Source of the DNA: Felis catus
Lineage: Eukaryota
Reading direction: 5' to 3'
Length of the DNA: 64,000 nucleotides
Assembly: GCF_018350175.1 (NCBI RefSeq)
Contig: NC_058383.1
Span: 30,010,001-30,074,000, forward strand
Position 1 is the first letter of the stretch, and every line of letters begins with the position of its first letter. The position numbers and the translations under genes were made by a program. The notes under the pieces were generated by a model. That model made no database searches, was not told the DNA's origin, and was given only the letters and a program-made list of their open reading frames with translations. Of the stretch, positions 11,825 through 24,422 are shown piece after piece.

Positions 11825-13435
11825 CTGTTACCATTTCTAGGGCTCTGCATTTTTTCATGTAGCCCCAGACTTTTATATGAAATCAAGATATTCTCACCAG
11901 GTATAGAATCCTGGATCAACAGGGTGTTTGTTGTTTGTTTTTTTGTTTGCTTGTTTGTTTGTTTTAGTACTTTAAAGATACTGCTTATTGTCTTCCTGTT
12001 TGAATTGTTTCTTATGAAAATATTGTCACTTTCCTCTACTTCTTTGTATGCAATATGCCTTTTTTCTCTAGCTACTTTTGTAATTTTCTCTTTAACACCT
12101 GTTTTGAGCAATTTGATTATCACATGTCCTGATGTAGTTTTCTTCATGCTTCTTGCATTTTTGGGTTTGGTGAGTTTGGGGATCACTGGGATTGTAGTTT
12201 TCATGACATTTAGGAAAATTTTACTCATTATTTCTTCAATTATTTTTTTTCTGTCCCCTACTCTTTGGGGTCTCTAATTATGCATACATTAGGCCAGATG
12301 AAGTTGATCACAGTTCACTAATATTCTATTTGTTTTTATTCTTTTTTTTCCCTCTGTATTTCACTTTGGAAAGTTTCTACTGGTATATCTTCAAATCTAC
12401 AATTCTTTTGCAATGCCTAATCTTCTGTTGATTTCCTGCTGTGTAATTTTTATCTCTGGAAGTTACCTTTTGGTCTTTTATATGTCTTCCATGTCTCTAC
12501 TTAGCATGCTCAATCTTTCTTCTACATTCTTGCACATATGGGATCTAGTTATAACTTTTTTAATATCCTTATCTAATTGATTCTATCATATGTGTCATCT
12601 CTGGGAAATAAGTGTTTTGATTAATTTGTTATTGTTCTTATTATGGATCATATTTTCCTGCCTCTGTGAATGCCTGGTAATTTCCATTTAGATGCCAGAC
12701 ATTGTGATTTCACCCAGTTAGGTGTTGGATAACTTTGTGTTTCTATAAATATTCCTGAGCTTTGTTCTAGGATGCAGTAAATCACTTCAGAACATTTTGA
12801 TACTTTTGAGACTTGCCTTTCAGACTTTTTAAGGGGAATCTGAGCAGTCTTTGGTCTAGGGCTCATTTTCCCCTATTACCAAGGCAGTATCCTTTTGTGT
12901 ACTTTACCCAATGCTCTGCAAATGATGAGGTTTTCCATTCTCATTCTCAGGGATAGGCACTTGTCCTGGCTCTTTGTTCCCTGGGGATTATTCCCTCTGC
13001 GATTTTCAAGGGGTTCTTTCCCTAGATTTGGTACTTTTCTTACACTTACGTGCTGATTGGTACTCAGCCTAAGATTTGAGAGGGATCTTCTCCAGATTTC
13101 TCTGTCTGCTATCCTCTACTCTCCGGGACTCTTCCCTGTGAACTCTTATCACCTTGGTCTCTGTGAATTTCCAGCTCCATCTCAACTCAGAACACTGGAT
13201 TTTGCCTGAGTTCCCCTCCCTTCAACGTGGCTTGAAAACTCTCTCCATTAATTAGTTGGGATAATTTGTGCGTTGGATCTGTTTGGGTCTCTTTCTTTTA
13301 GGGATTACTGTTTTGACTGCCTGAAGTCCAATATGTAAAAACAGATGTTTCGTTTATTACACCCAGATTTTTAGTTGTTTTATGTAGAAAGATAAATATG
13401 GTCCCTTTTACTTCACCTTGGTTGCAAGCAAGATT
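11825..13435 (-). mobile_element. Old L1M (L1MC/MD/ME-like) 5' region and ORF1 remnant
   Basis: translation SGHVIIKLLKTGVKEKITKVAREKRHIAYK resembles the L1 ORF1p motif RHIIIKL..KEKILKAAREK. Confidence 0.8.
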
Positions 13436-14229
13436 CTATCAGGAGGTTTCCATTCAAGCATATTTGTGGAAAATGCTGGACACAGGCAGACAATAAACAA
13501 TATTCATTTATTTCTCTTTATGGTATAATTCATGATCTTCAGCTTAGGTCTTCTTTGTTTATTCTAGATATTTTTGCTTTCTTGCACAAAATAATGTTTC
13601 AAATATCACAACTAGGTGTGAATTCCCCATGTTTAGCAATAGGGTCTCCTATCCATGATGTATTTCCCCAAAAGAAGTACAGATCTGATTTCAGTTTATA
13701 AATGGCTTTTCAGAGGGTACACAACTATTCTCTAGGGTGTCATTAGTTGATTTATTACCAGTTACTTTCACTGTATGAACATCAGCCCAAGTTTTATCTT
13801 TAGCTGAAGATACATAGTTGATGCCAAAAAGTGAACCATGTGCTAAATTTTGTTATCTCTAGGTATCCAAACCTTTTTGTATTTTATATTCTAAAAACTC
13901 AACAGAAAATTTACATTTCTCAATATCCAATCTACACAGAGTAACTGAAGTCTCATGTATTGTTCTTCCTTTGGGCAGAAATGATAAAATAGTAATGATT
14001 CCTACTTAATAAGCAAATATAACTTTAAATTTTCATTTCTAAGCCTCAAAAAATAACTCCGCAAGAAAAGCACACATGAGAAAACAAGGAATGTTTTCAA
14101 CACAACCTCGTCACATTATGCTTGTCTGCTGGTCATGAACTGGTAAGAAAGTCTATTTGGTAGTTACAGTGTTGTCTGCCGGATGAGATTATGAGAATGA
14201 ATGAATGACTACCACACTAGTGTCATTTG

Positions 14230-15060
14230 TTGCTGTGATCCAGTCAAATGGATAGGGTCTATGGAACCAGATCTGGATTCAAATTTCAGCTCACCAATTA
14301 GTTTTGTGATCCAGGGAATAGTACTTAACTTATCTAAATGAACCTCAGCGTCTGTACTGTTAGTAAGTAGTTAGTAAATAAAAATAAAGTCCAGTATTAT
14401 TTGAGCACTTAACTATGTGCCAACCGTCATAGGAAGGTGAGGTAAGGGTTATCGCTCTGCCTGTTTAGAGGTGAGGAAAATGAGGCTGGGAGATGTCCTC
14501 AACCTTAATCACATGGATAATAAGTGGAGAACCAGGATTTGAATTCTGATTCACAGTAGTACCATGCAAAAATCATGCAAAATTACACATAGCTTCAAAA
14601 GTAGTTCCTAAGGATTAAATGCCATGACATGTGTTCGTAATACATAGTAGGTCTTCAGCAAATAGTACTCCCCTTCTCCTTACTGTAGTTTCTTAAAACA
14701 AGGAGTTCATAGGAGAAGATCAAATGATTAAAAATATAGTTCTTGGTGGTGAGAATACTTGAGGTCCAAGGACAAATTCATATAAGGAAAATGAAGGAAA
14801 CTTTTACAGTATCATAGGAATAATAATAATTTACTTTATGTGGACCCAAAACTTTACATGGATATTCTCAGATCATCTTTGCAGCAGCCATATGAGACAG
14901 GCACTGTTATCATCATTTCCGTTGCAAATTGTAGAGGATATGCTAAGTCCATTCAAGTTCACCCAGTAAAGACAGGGGAGCAGAGCAATCTTTTGAGGCC
15001 AGGGAATCTGAGTCCAGAGATCCGGTTCTAATGCTGAAACCATACTGTCTCACCATAGCC
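14230..15060. mobile_element. Cluster of MIR fragments in both orientations
   Basis: ACCTCAGCGTCTGTA, GAGGTGAGGAAAATGAGGCT, AGGATTAAATG, CCAGGATTTGAA. Confidence 0.6.
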
Positions 15061-15799
15061 CTTACACGCTCTTCTGAACCAGCATTTTTTTTTTGCATTG
15101 CTTATGGAAACCAGCTCTGGGCTTCCTGCCAGGATTGTTGTCATCGTCCAAAAAGATTCTACCCCACTCATGGAGGCAGCATCCCATTTAAAAAGTTAAC
15201 AATGTGCGTTCAAGACAGGATATGCCAATATTTCTACCGTACTTGCCATTGTGTAACCACCCTCCCGCCCCAGCCTGATTTCAAATCCCTGTTCATGAAA
15301 GCCAATTTGGTGCCCAGAAACGTTGAATGTACAAAATCCTGAAAATCGTACAAGAAATCTCTTCCTCCCAGGTTTATAGCAATTAAATTCTTGATAATGA
15401 ATTGCTCATCAGTTCTGCAGGTGATGGAAGTGATTGCCTCTGCAGGTAGCAATCATTTGGTGCAATTGCCACAATTATCAATCCCCTTCAGGATGATTGG
15501 AATTTAGCAATAGGGACCAGAAGAGAGGAGGGTTTTTGGAGATATGGACTAATATTAGAAACCTGCCAGTGAAAAATTATGTTTTTGCTCTGATGAACGT
15601 CTCTTAGAAAGTGAGCAGTGTGTAGGAAATGATTAGTGTTTCTGAGTCTCTTCCCTTGTAGAGTTTAATGTGCTATGTGCGCCCCCCAAAGACTTGATGA
15701 TTTTTTAACTCTATCGTGGATTTTATCTTTCCTCTTCACTCTCACCAATTATTATGCTGACACACATTCATTTCTGACACAAGTCTTAAATTCTGGGTA

Positions 15800-16505
15800 A
15801 ATGTGAATGCTGGTGATGGTGTCGGAGGTATACAGTATAGAAAAATAATTTGGCACAGGGGTAGAAAGACTTAAAATATTTACACTGTTTGTCCTTTCCA
15901 TTCCTGTTCTGGAAGTCTATCCTAAGGAAAGCAGGGAAGTAGAAGATTTAAACAGTCAGTGTTACTTCTAATTGAAAAATTTCTAATAGAAAACTATTAG
16001 AAAACATTTCAAAGCTCAGTAATAGAATAGTTAAATAAATTATGTGGTTCATTAAATGATGTTGTATTATGCAGCCATTAAAAGTCATGTTTTTGAAAAG
16101 TAATTAATGACACATGGAAAATATTCATTATGGAATGTCAAGAGGAAGAAAATAAACACAATCAAAGTTGAATACTAGTAGGTGTAGAGTAATTTATTAA
16201 GCATCCATTACATAATCCTGAAAGGTAGGTATTTTTATCCCCACATGACAGAGAAGGAAAAAACGGTTCAGAGAGATTAGGAGAGAGACAGAAATGAAGA
16301 GAGGCAGGGGCAAGGTGGGGTGGGGAGGGAGGAAGACAATTAAAAAACATAAGATAGAAAGATACAAAATTCATCGGTGGTTATCCTGGAAGAGTGGGAA
16401 CTACAAGGAGTGGTCTTTTTTTTCATTATGCATAGTGGTAATTTCTACCATAAGCATGCATTAATTAATTATATTTGTAATCAGAAAAGAACAAACATCA
16501 TTAAA
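15800..16505 (+). mobile_element. Old L1ME-like 3' fragment
   Basis: TTCTGGAAGTCTATCCTAAGGAAA..GTTAAATAAATTATG..TATGCAGCCATTAAAA..TTTGTAATCAGAAAA. Confidence 0.6.
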
Positions 16506-16928
16506 ACATTCTGGACACCTGAGAAACAAACAGCTTTGAAGATGACTTCTTCTTGAGCCAGGCCACACGTACCAGGAAGCACATCTTATTTCTAGACTTC
16601 CAACAGCCAGACATGAGCACAATCTTGTTTGCTGCTCTGGCCCCTGGTGAGGGGTGATTCAGACACAGGAATACCCTCAGCCCATTACAGAGCTGGTAGG
16701 CTCCCTACAGTGGTCTCTTCTCATTTTGTTTGATTCCCTGGCCTGGAAGGAAACATGTGGGAAATTCACCCACAGTCAGGTTTTTGGCACTAATAGTGGG
16801 GTTTCTCAAAACACCTCGTTCTGGTCCTGGATCCTCTGACCTTGAGATCACCTAGTTACTTATTTAAAACATAGATTCCTGGATCTTTCAGATGTCTTGA
16901 ATCAGGATGAGGCTAGGGACGGTGATTC

Positions 16929-17158
16929 TTTTTTTGTCTTCTAATGTTTATTATTTTGAGAGGGGGTAGAGAGAGCATGCACCTATGCACGTGTGCAAGT
17001 TGGGGAGGGGCAGAGAGAGGGAGAGAGAGAATCCCAAGCAGGCTTTGAGCTGTCAGCATAGAGCCTGACTCAAGGCTCAATCCCATGAACCATGAGATCA
17101 TGACCTGAACTGAAATTAAGAGTCAGTTGCTTAACGGGCTGAGCTACCCAGGTGCCCC
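16929..17158 (-). mobile_element. Can-SINE inserted in a MER5-like MITE (~16793-17202)
   Basis: reverse SINE head; GGTGATTCTT occurs on both sides. Confidence 0.9.
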
Positions 17159-17514
17159 AAGCTTCAGGTGATTCTTAGTACACTGTTGTTAAAGAACCAT
17201 TGCCCCAGAGAAGCCTATTGCTAGAAGGAGAAGAATAAAGAGGGACATGCTTAGCCCAGTTGGAGGTTCTACAGGGAAAACATCTGTGGGCACAAAATCC
17301 CTTTAATCATATCAGGTCGGCTACTTCCTACTAGGATCCTGGCTGGATTCCCATTTGGGTGACTTTGACCTTGGGAAAGTTACTTCCCCTCTCTGACCCT
17401 CATTGTTTTCATCACTGACATGGGGATTATCATCATCACCATCATCACCATGGTCTACCTCATATAGAACAGCAGAGAGTGCCTAAAATGTACATGTGCA
17501 ATTCCTCTGCCAGA

Positions 17515-17545
17515 TTTTTATTTATTTTTTTATTCTGAGGGGGGG

Positions 17546-17590
<45 letters not shown>

Positions 17591-17735
17591 AGGGAATCCC
17601 AGGCAGGCTCTGCACTGTCAGTGCAGGGCTCAGTCTCAAGGGGTTCAATCTTGTGGGGCGTAAACTCATCAATTGTGAGATCATGATCTGAGCTGAAATC
17701 CAGAATTGGACACTTAACCAACTGAGCCCCCACCC
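17515..17735 (-). mobile_element. Can-SINE with expanded (GA)n and a degraded head
   Basis: GAGATCATGATCTGAGCTGAAATC..CTTAACCAACTGAGCC. Confidence 0.88.
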
Positions 17736-17799
17736 CACCACCACTTGCCTCCCCACCAGGCTCCTCTTCCACATGTTTAAAATGTCTTACGTGGTCTGA

Positions 17800-18240
17800 G
17801 ATGGTCCAGTCTCCACCCTTAAAAGCTCTCTGACCCCAATGTGTTCTTTGTTTTTGTTTAATCGAGCCAAGCACACTGCCACCTTAAGATTTTCCCATTG
17901 ACTATTCCCTCCAAGTTATGTCTTCCACTAGACCATCCTATTTAAAGTGTTAACTCCTTCCTCCTCATCCATTCCCTCTGGATACTTGCTTTCCCTTTGT
18001 TTGCACTGCACTTGTCACTGCCAATCATACTGTATAATTGTCCTTTTCCTTGTACTTCCTGCTTTATGAACATCTCCTCCTTCAAACCTTGGAAGGTAAA
18101 CCACCCTCACCAGAGATGTTTAGGGTTTTGTTGTTGTTGTACAAAAACTTCCCCAAGCCCTTGAACAGTGCCTGGTACTAGTAGGTGCTCAGTACGTAAG
18201 TATTGAGTGAATGCATGCACGCAGGCATGAATGAATGAAT
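17800..18240 (+). mobile_element. L2 3' end
   Basis: AACAGTGCCTGGTACTAGTAGGTGCTCAGTA..GAATGAATGAAT tail. Confidence 0.75.
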
Positions 18241-18617
18241 GGAAAAAGAGTTTCATGAATCTCTAGTCTCTCCCTCACCCATGGGAATTGATAGTTACTT
18301 AAGGCAGAATGGCTTTAATGATCTAATGTCTCCTTATTTGCCTCTTGTTTTATCTGAGTCTTAGTCGAGTCTTTGAAACTACCGGCTAATCTACCATATT
18401 CTTCTTACCAAAAGCCTGTATGTCTCTGAGAGGGACTTAGATCCATTGACAGATGACTTGGGTTATTAAACAGCTGGCTAGTGGGCCAGGGTCAGAGACC
18501 TTGTCCTAAGTATCGTCAAAAAAGAACAACAAATGTCTTTGGAAATTAGGGATTAAATGCTACCCCCACCAACAGATGTAGGGGACAAGGCTTTCTACAA
18601 TAGATACAGACCCAGGC

Positions 18618-19128
18618 TGATGAAGTTTTGGGGTGATGGTGGGGTTCGGAGCTAATGGCCAACAAAGAGTTCTTGAAAAAGTTTTTGGTGCAAAAGACGA
18701 TTTTATTAAAGCACGGGGACCGGACTGGTAGGCTGGAAGAGATGCCGTGAGGTTGTTTAGAATGGCTGGTTATATACCATGGACTTGGGGGAGGTCAAGC
18801 CAAAATGCAAGTTTCCAAAGAAACTTTCATATGCTAAAGACTCACAGATTACTGGACGCCTAGTTATTGTCAAACTAAGGTTGTTTTTCCCTCTAGCAAA
18901 GCGTTAACATGAAGACGGTAGGAAGTTCCTGCACTTGAGGATGTTGATGGGATTGCCTTTTTCTGGTAAACCAGAGGAGACTCTTATCAGTGTAACCATT
19001 TGTTTTTTGTCCTTTCTAGTTTTTGTGGGGTAGCCGGGAGTGTCCAAAGAATATCCTGCACGTCCCACCTGGAGGGGGGTGCTGTTAGCCTGCCCTTTGA
19101 CCTCAGCTTGCCCCACAATCCTTCATCA
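18618..19128 (-). mobile_element. Solo LTR of a carnivore ERV (probably ERV1 class), copy 1
   Basis: TGATGA...TCATCA termini; minus-strand TATATAA (18770-18776) and AATAAA (18702-18707); homologous to copies at 45.8, 47.2 and 49.4 kb. Confidence 0.85.
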
Positions 19129-19989
19129 TGGGCCTTGGCATGATTTGTGAAGACAAGCTTGCGCTGCAGGAGATTTCAGCACAGGAGGATGAAGCTAAAA
19201 AAATCCCCCCAACTTCCTCAAACTGGTTCTGACTCTCTGACTCCTCTGCGTTCCTCTCCTGACCCTCAGGAAACAGGACTGGTGGTTCAGAAATGAAAAT
19301 ATGTTCCCTGGAGGGGTACTGTCGACTGGGGAGCACAGCACAGTTTAGTGGTGGGTGGTGTTACTGTCTTATAATTATGGTCATTGTTGGCATTGATCTA
19401 CCTCCACCATACACATGAAGACACTTGGTAACTGCTCCTGCTTCTTTGCTCTAAAAGCCTTCAAATTTGCCCCAAATTGGACTGAGCGATGTAATTAGGC
19501 CAGAACAGCCACTCATTGTTATCCTGATAAAAGCAATCCTGGCCACCTTGCTTTCTCCATTACCCAGGCCTCCACGGAGGTGATCAATAAGGGTATATAA
19601 AGTACCCAGAAGGGCACTGTTCCCGGGAGAGCGGACCAGGGGACAGAGCCACAAAGAGCTTTTCACTGCTGCCTGGACTCCCTTATGCCAGGTCCACTTG
19701 ACTTTAATGATTGTTTTTGTCATTCTGCACAGCAAGATGCAATTTATCTCCCCTGAGATTTCAGAACAAGATGCTCTTCTCTTGTGCTTGGGCCTTTTTC
19801 GGATGACCACGCGGGGGTCCTTTAGCATCCATTCTCAGCAACACAAACTGGAAGACAGGAAGAGGGAAATGGGCAACTTGCAGAACACCCAAACTCTATC
19901 TAGTTGTCTTCCTTCAATTCCTAGCACAGGAATGGAGCACATATGCAGAAGCCTGGGGGATCAGACAGACTTTATGTGGTTATCTGAAA

Positions 19990-20210
19990 TGTTATCTAAA
20001 ACAATAGGGCAGTGGGATGGTCCTCGCCAGTCTTGGTTCTGCTACTTTCCATCTGTGTGTGCTTGGGAAATTTTTTGAAATTTTCTGTGACTCAGTTTCT
20101 TCATCTGTAAGATAAGAACAATAATCCCTCTTGTAGGGCTGGCGGGAAAACTAGAGGTAATCACCTAATGGCCATGGCACATAGTAGGTACAGAAGACAT
20201 TATTATTATT
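19990..20210 (+). mobile_element. MIR
   Basis: CTCAGTTTCTTCATCTGTAAGATAAGAACAATAAT..GGCACATAGTAGG. Confidence 0.7.
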
Positions 20211-22329
20211 TGGAGAAGAATCCTTGAGGGCTGGGGGCCCATATGTGGCGAACAGTGAGTTTCATCAGACCACAACCCAAGTCCCTCTAGCTCTCAGTCC
20301 TGCTGTGTTACTGGATATTTCCCCCCTCAGGCAAAGATCTTGGGAGATGCTGATGATTTCCATAATCTTGTCACCTTAATTGCTGCTGTCATTGTAGGTA
20401 CTGAAATTAATTTTGATTTCTTTTTGTTTCTGCTTAGCACTTCGAATGTGACTAATGGGATTATTTTTGGATTTGGCTTGGAGCAGTGTTCCCGGCAGCT
20501 TGAAGAGCAATGTTGGCCTGAGTTTTCCATATGGGGCCACTTCCTGCCTCGGGACTGCAAGGGCCTTGCAAATCTCAGGGAAGGGAATCAGTTGGTTGCC
20601 GTCATTTTCAGCCAAATGGCACATAAATGCATGCCTTCCGGTTGTTGAGTCTATCTTGTTGAGTCTATCTGTTGAGTCCATCTCAATGAAACCTTATGTG
20701 TTGGTCTTACCACAGTTTGGCTCCTGGAAGGAAGGGAAGAAGATAGAATTTATTGAGTGCCTAGGCTTGACATTGTTTTATCTCAATTATGGGACTCCTC
20801 ATAAAACTCCAGGACCTATGTGACTTACATGTGACCCCACAAAATCTCTCTCCCTGGGTTTTAGTCTTTGGTGAAACAGTGAACTCCCCATGAGTGGACC
20901 TGTTGCAGCTTCCAGAAGAGACCAGTGTGGTTGTTCTAAAGCTTCCTGGGGGTGCACTTTCTGAGCCTTGGCTTTCAACTTAAGTGATTCCTAGAGCTAT
21001 TCTACATTCTTCCAGCAAGTTTCCTCTCTCCCTTAGTTAGAGTCAGTTTCTGTGGTCTATGACCAAAGAACCATAGCTGGTGCACCCTCCCATCGAATGT
21101 AGAATTTTTAGGATACCAATAGCTATATATATTCTTCTGTGTGCATGTGTGTGTGTCTGTCTGTCTATCATTTGTCCCTTGCTCTTTTTCTCCCTCATGT
21201 TGCTGCGCCTGGAATAACCCTGCCCACCTGGCCCATCCACCTGGTTCTTCCTTATCCTTCAAGGCCCAGACCAAATGTTTCCTTCCCTGAATATCCCAGG
21301 GAGACTTGATGCTAATTCCTGCATTTTCCCCACAGGGCTGTGTGCACATCTTGAGCACAGCATCTAGTGGGCTACACCCCTCAGTCTGTTTGCATGTCTG
21401 CCTTCCTGCCATGCCTCACTCCTTTGATGTGAGGACCGAACCCCTGCAGGCTGCACGTGTGACACTGGGTGCAGGGCTCTGCTCGCTCATTGCTCTTGGC
21501 ATGTGTCCGGACATGGATGGATGCACAGACCCTGTGCGGGCGCACAAGGTCTCAGAGTCGTCAGATGCCCTGACTGAGAGCAGGTGCACTGCATTGTCTC
21601 AGAATAAACCTTTGGTGGGTTTGTCCTCATGTGTTCAAAGTGCTCTGGGCCCAAATCAGAGTTTGTTCTTCCTGATGTGCAGAGGACAAATCGTGTCGTC
21701 ACTGTGACCTGTAAAATGCTGCTTTCTTCAAAAATAACAGGGATTTTTTTTTCTGATTTTAAAAGCAATTCAAACATATTGTAGGGAATTTATATAATAC
21801 AAGAGGCAGACAGGGCGAAAATAAGAATCAGCCATGGCTTCAGCACCTATAGATAAATGCTGGCACTTGGAAGTACTTTCTACTGGTCTCTCCCACCAGG
21901 TATCACAATTTGTTTATGATCACAATTATGTTTATGTTTGGTTTATGCACTATTTTTGTTACGTGCTTTCTCCAGTTCAGGCTTGAATAGTGTCCACCTT
22001 TTTCTTGATGTATGATGTTTACAGTCCCTATGATATTCCATCCTAGAGAGAAAGTAATATGGAGTTCTCTTGCTTACGATAGCTATGGTGTCCTGTTTCT
22101 GGTACGTGGCTATAACCTACATTGAATTGGGGCTTGAGAGGGGTGTTAATGGACAGCACCTTTCTTGTTCCCACCCAACTTCTAAGCCAACTAAGGGTTC
22201 TACACACAGGGAGTTAGGGCAGGTGCAGATCCGACTGGCACCTTGGCTCCTGATGGTTACTAATTTGGAGGACGTGGCTTAGGGTGAGGCAACAAAGGAC
22301 CCCCTGACATCACACAGTCAAGAATATTT

Positions 22330-23050
22330 TTTCTGACTCTGAGATATCGTTGACATATAACATTGTATAAATTTAAGGTGTATCATGAGATCACGTGATG
22401 CATGTGCATATTGTGAAATGATTACAGTAAGGTTAGTTAACACATCCCCCACCTCAGTTGCCATTTTGTGTGTGTTGTGAGAACTCTTAAGATGTATTCT
22501 CTTAGCAACTTTCCAATATACAACATAGTATTGACTGTTCAACATGTTGTCACCATGCTGTGTTAGATCCTCAGCACTTAACACAGCTTTTTTAAAGTTT
22601 ATTTAGTGAGAGAGAGAGGAAGAGAGAGGGAGGGAGGGAGAGGGAGGGAGGGAGAGGGAGGGCCAGAGAGAGGAGAGAGAGAATCACAAGCAGGCTCTGT
22701 GGTGACCTTGCAGAGTCCAATGCAGGGCTCAAACTCATGAACCATGAGATCATGACCTGAGCCGAAATCAAGAGTCAGACGCTCAACCAACTAAGCCACC
22801 CACGCACCCTGAGTTATACAGCTTTTAACTGGAAGTTTGTACCCTTTGACAGACATCCTCGTCTTGTCCCAGTCCCCAGCTCCTGGCAAACACCAACCTG
22901 TTCTCTGTTTCTTTGAGTTCATTGCTTTCAGATTCTGCACATAAGTGAGATCATTTGGGAGTTGTCTTCCTGTCTGACTTATTTCACTGAGCTTAATGCC
23001 TTCAAGGTCGGTCCCTGTTGTTGCATATGGCAGGATTTCCTTTTTTATGG
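22330..23050 (-). mobile_element. L1MA9-like 3' end interrupted by a Can-SINE
   Basis: TTGACATATAACATTGTATAAATTTAAGGTGTA..AACTGGAAGTTTGTACCCTTTGAC..ATAAGTGAGATCAT. Confidence 0.8.
22588..22809 (-). mobile_element. Can-SINE
   Basis: reverse head; approximate TSD ACAGCTTTT. Confidence 0.9.
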
Positions 23051-23056
23051 CTGGAT

Positions 23057-23142
<86 letters not shown>

Positions 23143-23240
23143 ATCTGTCATCTATTATCTACCTACTATCTATCTATCATCTATCTATCTATCTATCATC
23201 TCTCTCCCCCTATATATCTCTCTCTCTCTCTCTATCTCTA
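23057..23240. repeat. Compound (CTTT)n-(CTAT)n-(CT)n microsatellite
   Basis: direct reading. Confidence 0.95.
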
Positions 23241-24246
23241 CAATGTGTCAGGCTTACTCAGGCAGACACAGGCAGTTCTTGCAAACCTCAGGCCTCCTCT
23301 TGGGCAGGGCTCTTAACAAAGGTCAGAAGAAACCAGAAGGCATCCTCCCTGTGGGGAGACAAATCCCACCTGAACGGAGGAGAGATGAGAAGGCAGCAAT
23401 GCTCAGACCCAGAGTCTCCTCCCAAGGTCACCAACCAGACAGGTCTCTCCCCTGTCCCTGGAGGGGCCAAGTAGTAAAATTCTAGTAGATATCTTTCACC
23501 TGACTGACTATTTTGGGTGTTCTGGAGCATAAATCCATGAGTCTTTTCTGCAGGTAGATTTCTGGAAGAGTTACAGGGCCAGGGAGACTGAATGTTTTTA
23601 AGACCTTTTGAACTGGTTTCCAACTTGTTTACTGCAAAGTTTATTCCACTTTGCCTCACCACTAGCTGTATATACAGTTGACCAAGTCCCTGAATCTGCA
23701 TCAACATCGAGTAATGGTACTGTGAAACTTCTCTTTTTTGATAGGAAAAAAGCAACTTAGATTTTCGTTTTGTGTTTACCTAAATAGTAGCAATCCTGAT
23801 CATTTTTCATCAGTTTGTCATTTGAGCTTCTTTTGTTCTGAATTGTTCATACGCATCCTTTTGCCATTTTATCCACCAAATTTTCTTAGTTTTAATGGAT
23901 TCAAATGCTAAGCATACCAAATTGACCTGATCTATTTTTCATTTGCTGTTTTGCTTTGTTTATAGTTTAAGTTATGGACTTGGTTGAGTGCTTACTAATT
24001 TGCTTCTACTGCTTACAAATTTCTTACTTTTCAGATATAAAATAAATATCTACACCTTTTAATGATTTTTTAATACATATTTTCATTTAATATTTTAATT
24101 TGCTTAGGATTGATTTTGGTGTTTGTTGTCATGTTAGGACTTGTTTTTCTTCATAACAAATAGGTCATTAATTGTCCAGCACTAAGTATCTTATATTGCT
24201 ATGTCATGGAGTATCTTGTTTTATAATTGTGTAGCTATTTAAAACA

Positions 24247-24422
24247 TTTTTTTAATGTTTATTTATTTTTGAGGGGGGATGGGAGAAAAAGAGAGAGGAT
24301 CTGAAGCAGCCTCTGCACCATCAGCACAAAGCCTGACATGGGCTCGAACCCACAAACTGTAAGATCATGACCTGAGTCAAAGTCAGATGCTCAACTGACT
24401 GACCCCCCCCAATACCCCCCCC
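24247..24422 (-). mobile_element. Can-SINE (degraded)
   Basis: AAGATCATGACCTGAGTCAAAGTCAGATGCTCAACTGACTGA and poly-T tail. Confidence 0.85.

Noticed and set aside
11630..12277. 215-aa and 194-aa overlapping ORFs
   Set aside because: They are held open by a (CA/TA)n microsatellite fused to a decayed L1 ORF1 fragment.
22962..23474. Hydrophobic, membrane-like ORFs (also 36826-37291 and 62101-62622)
   Set aside because: These are translations of (CTTT)n, (CTAT)n and (GGAA)n microsatellites.
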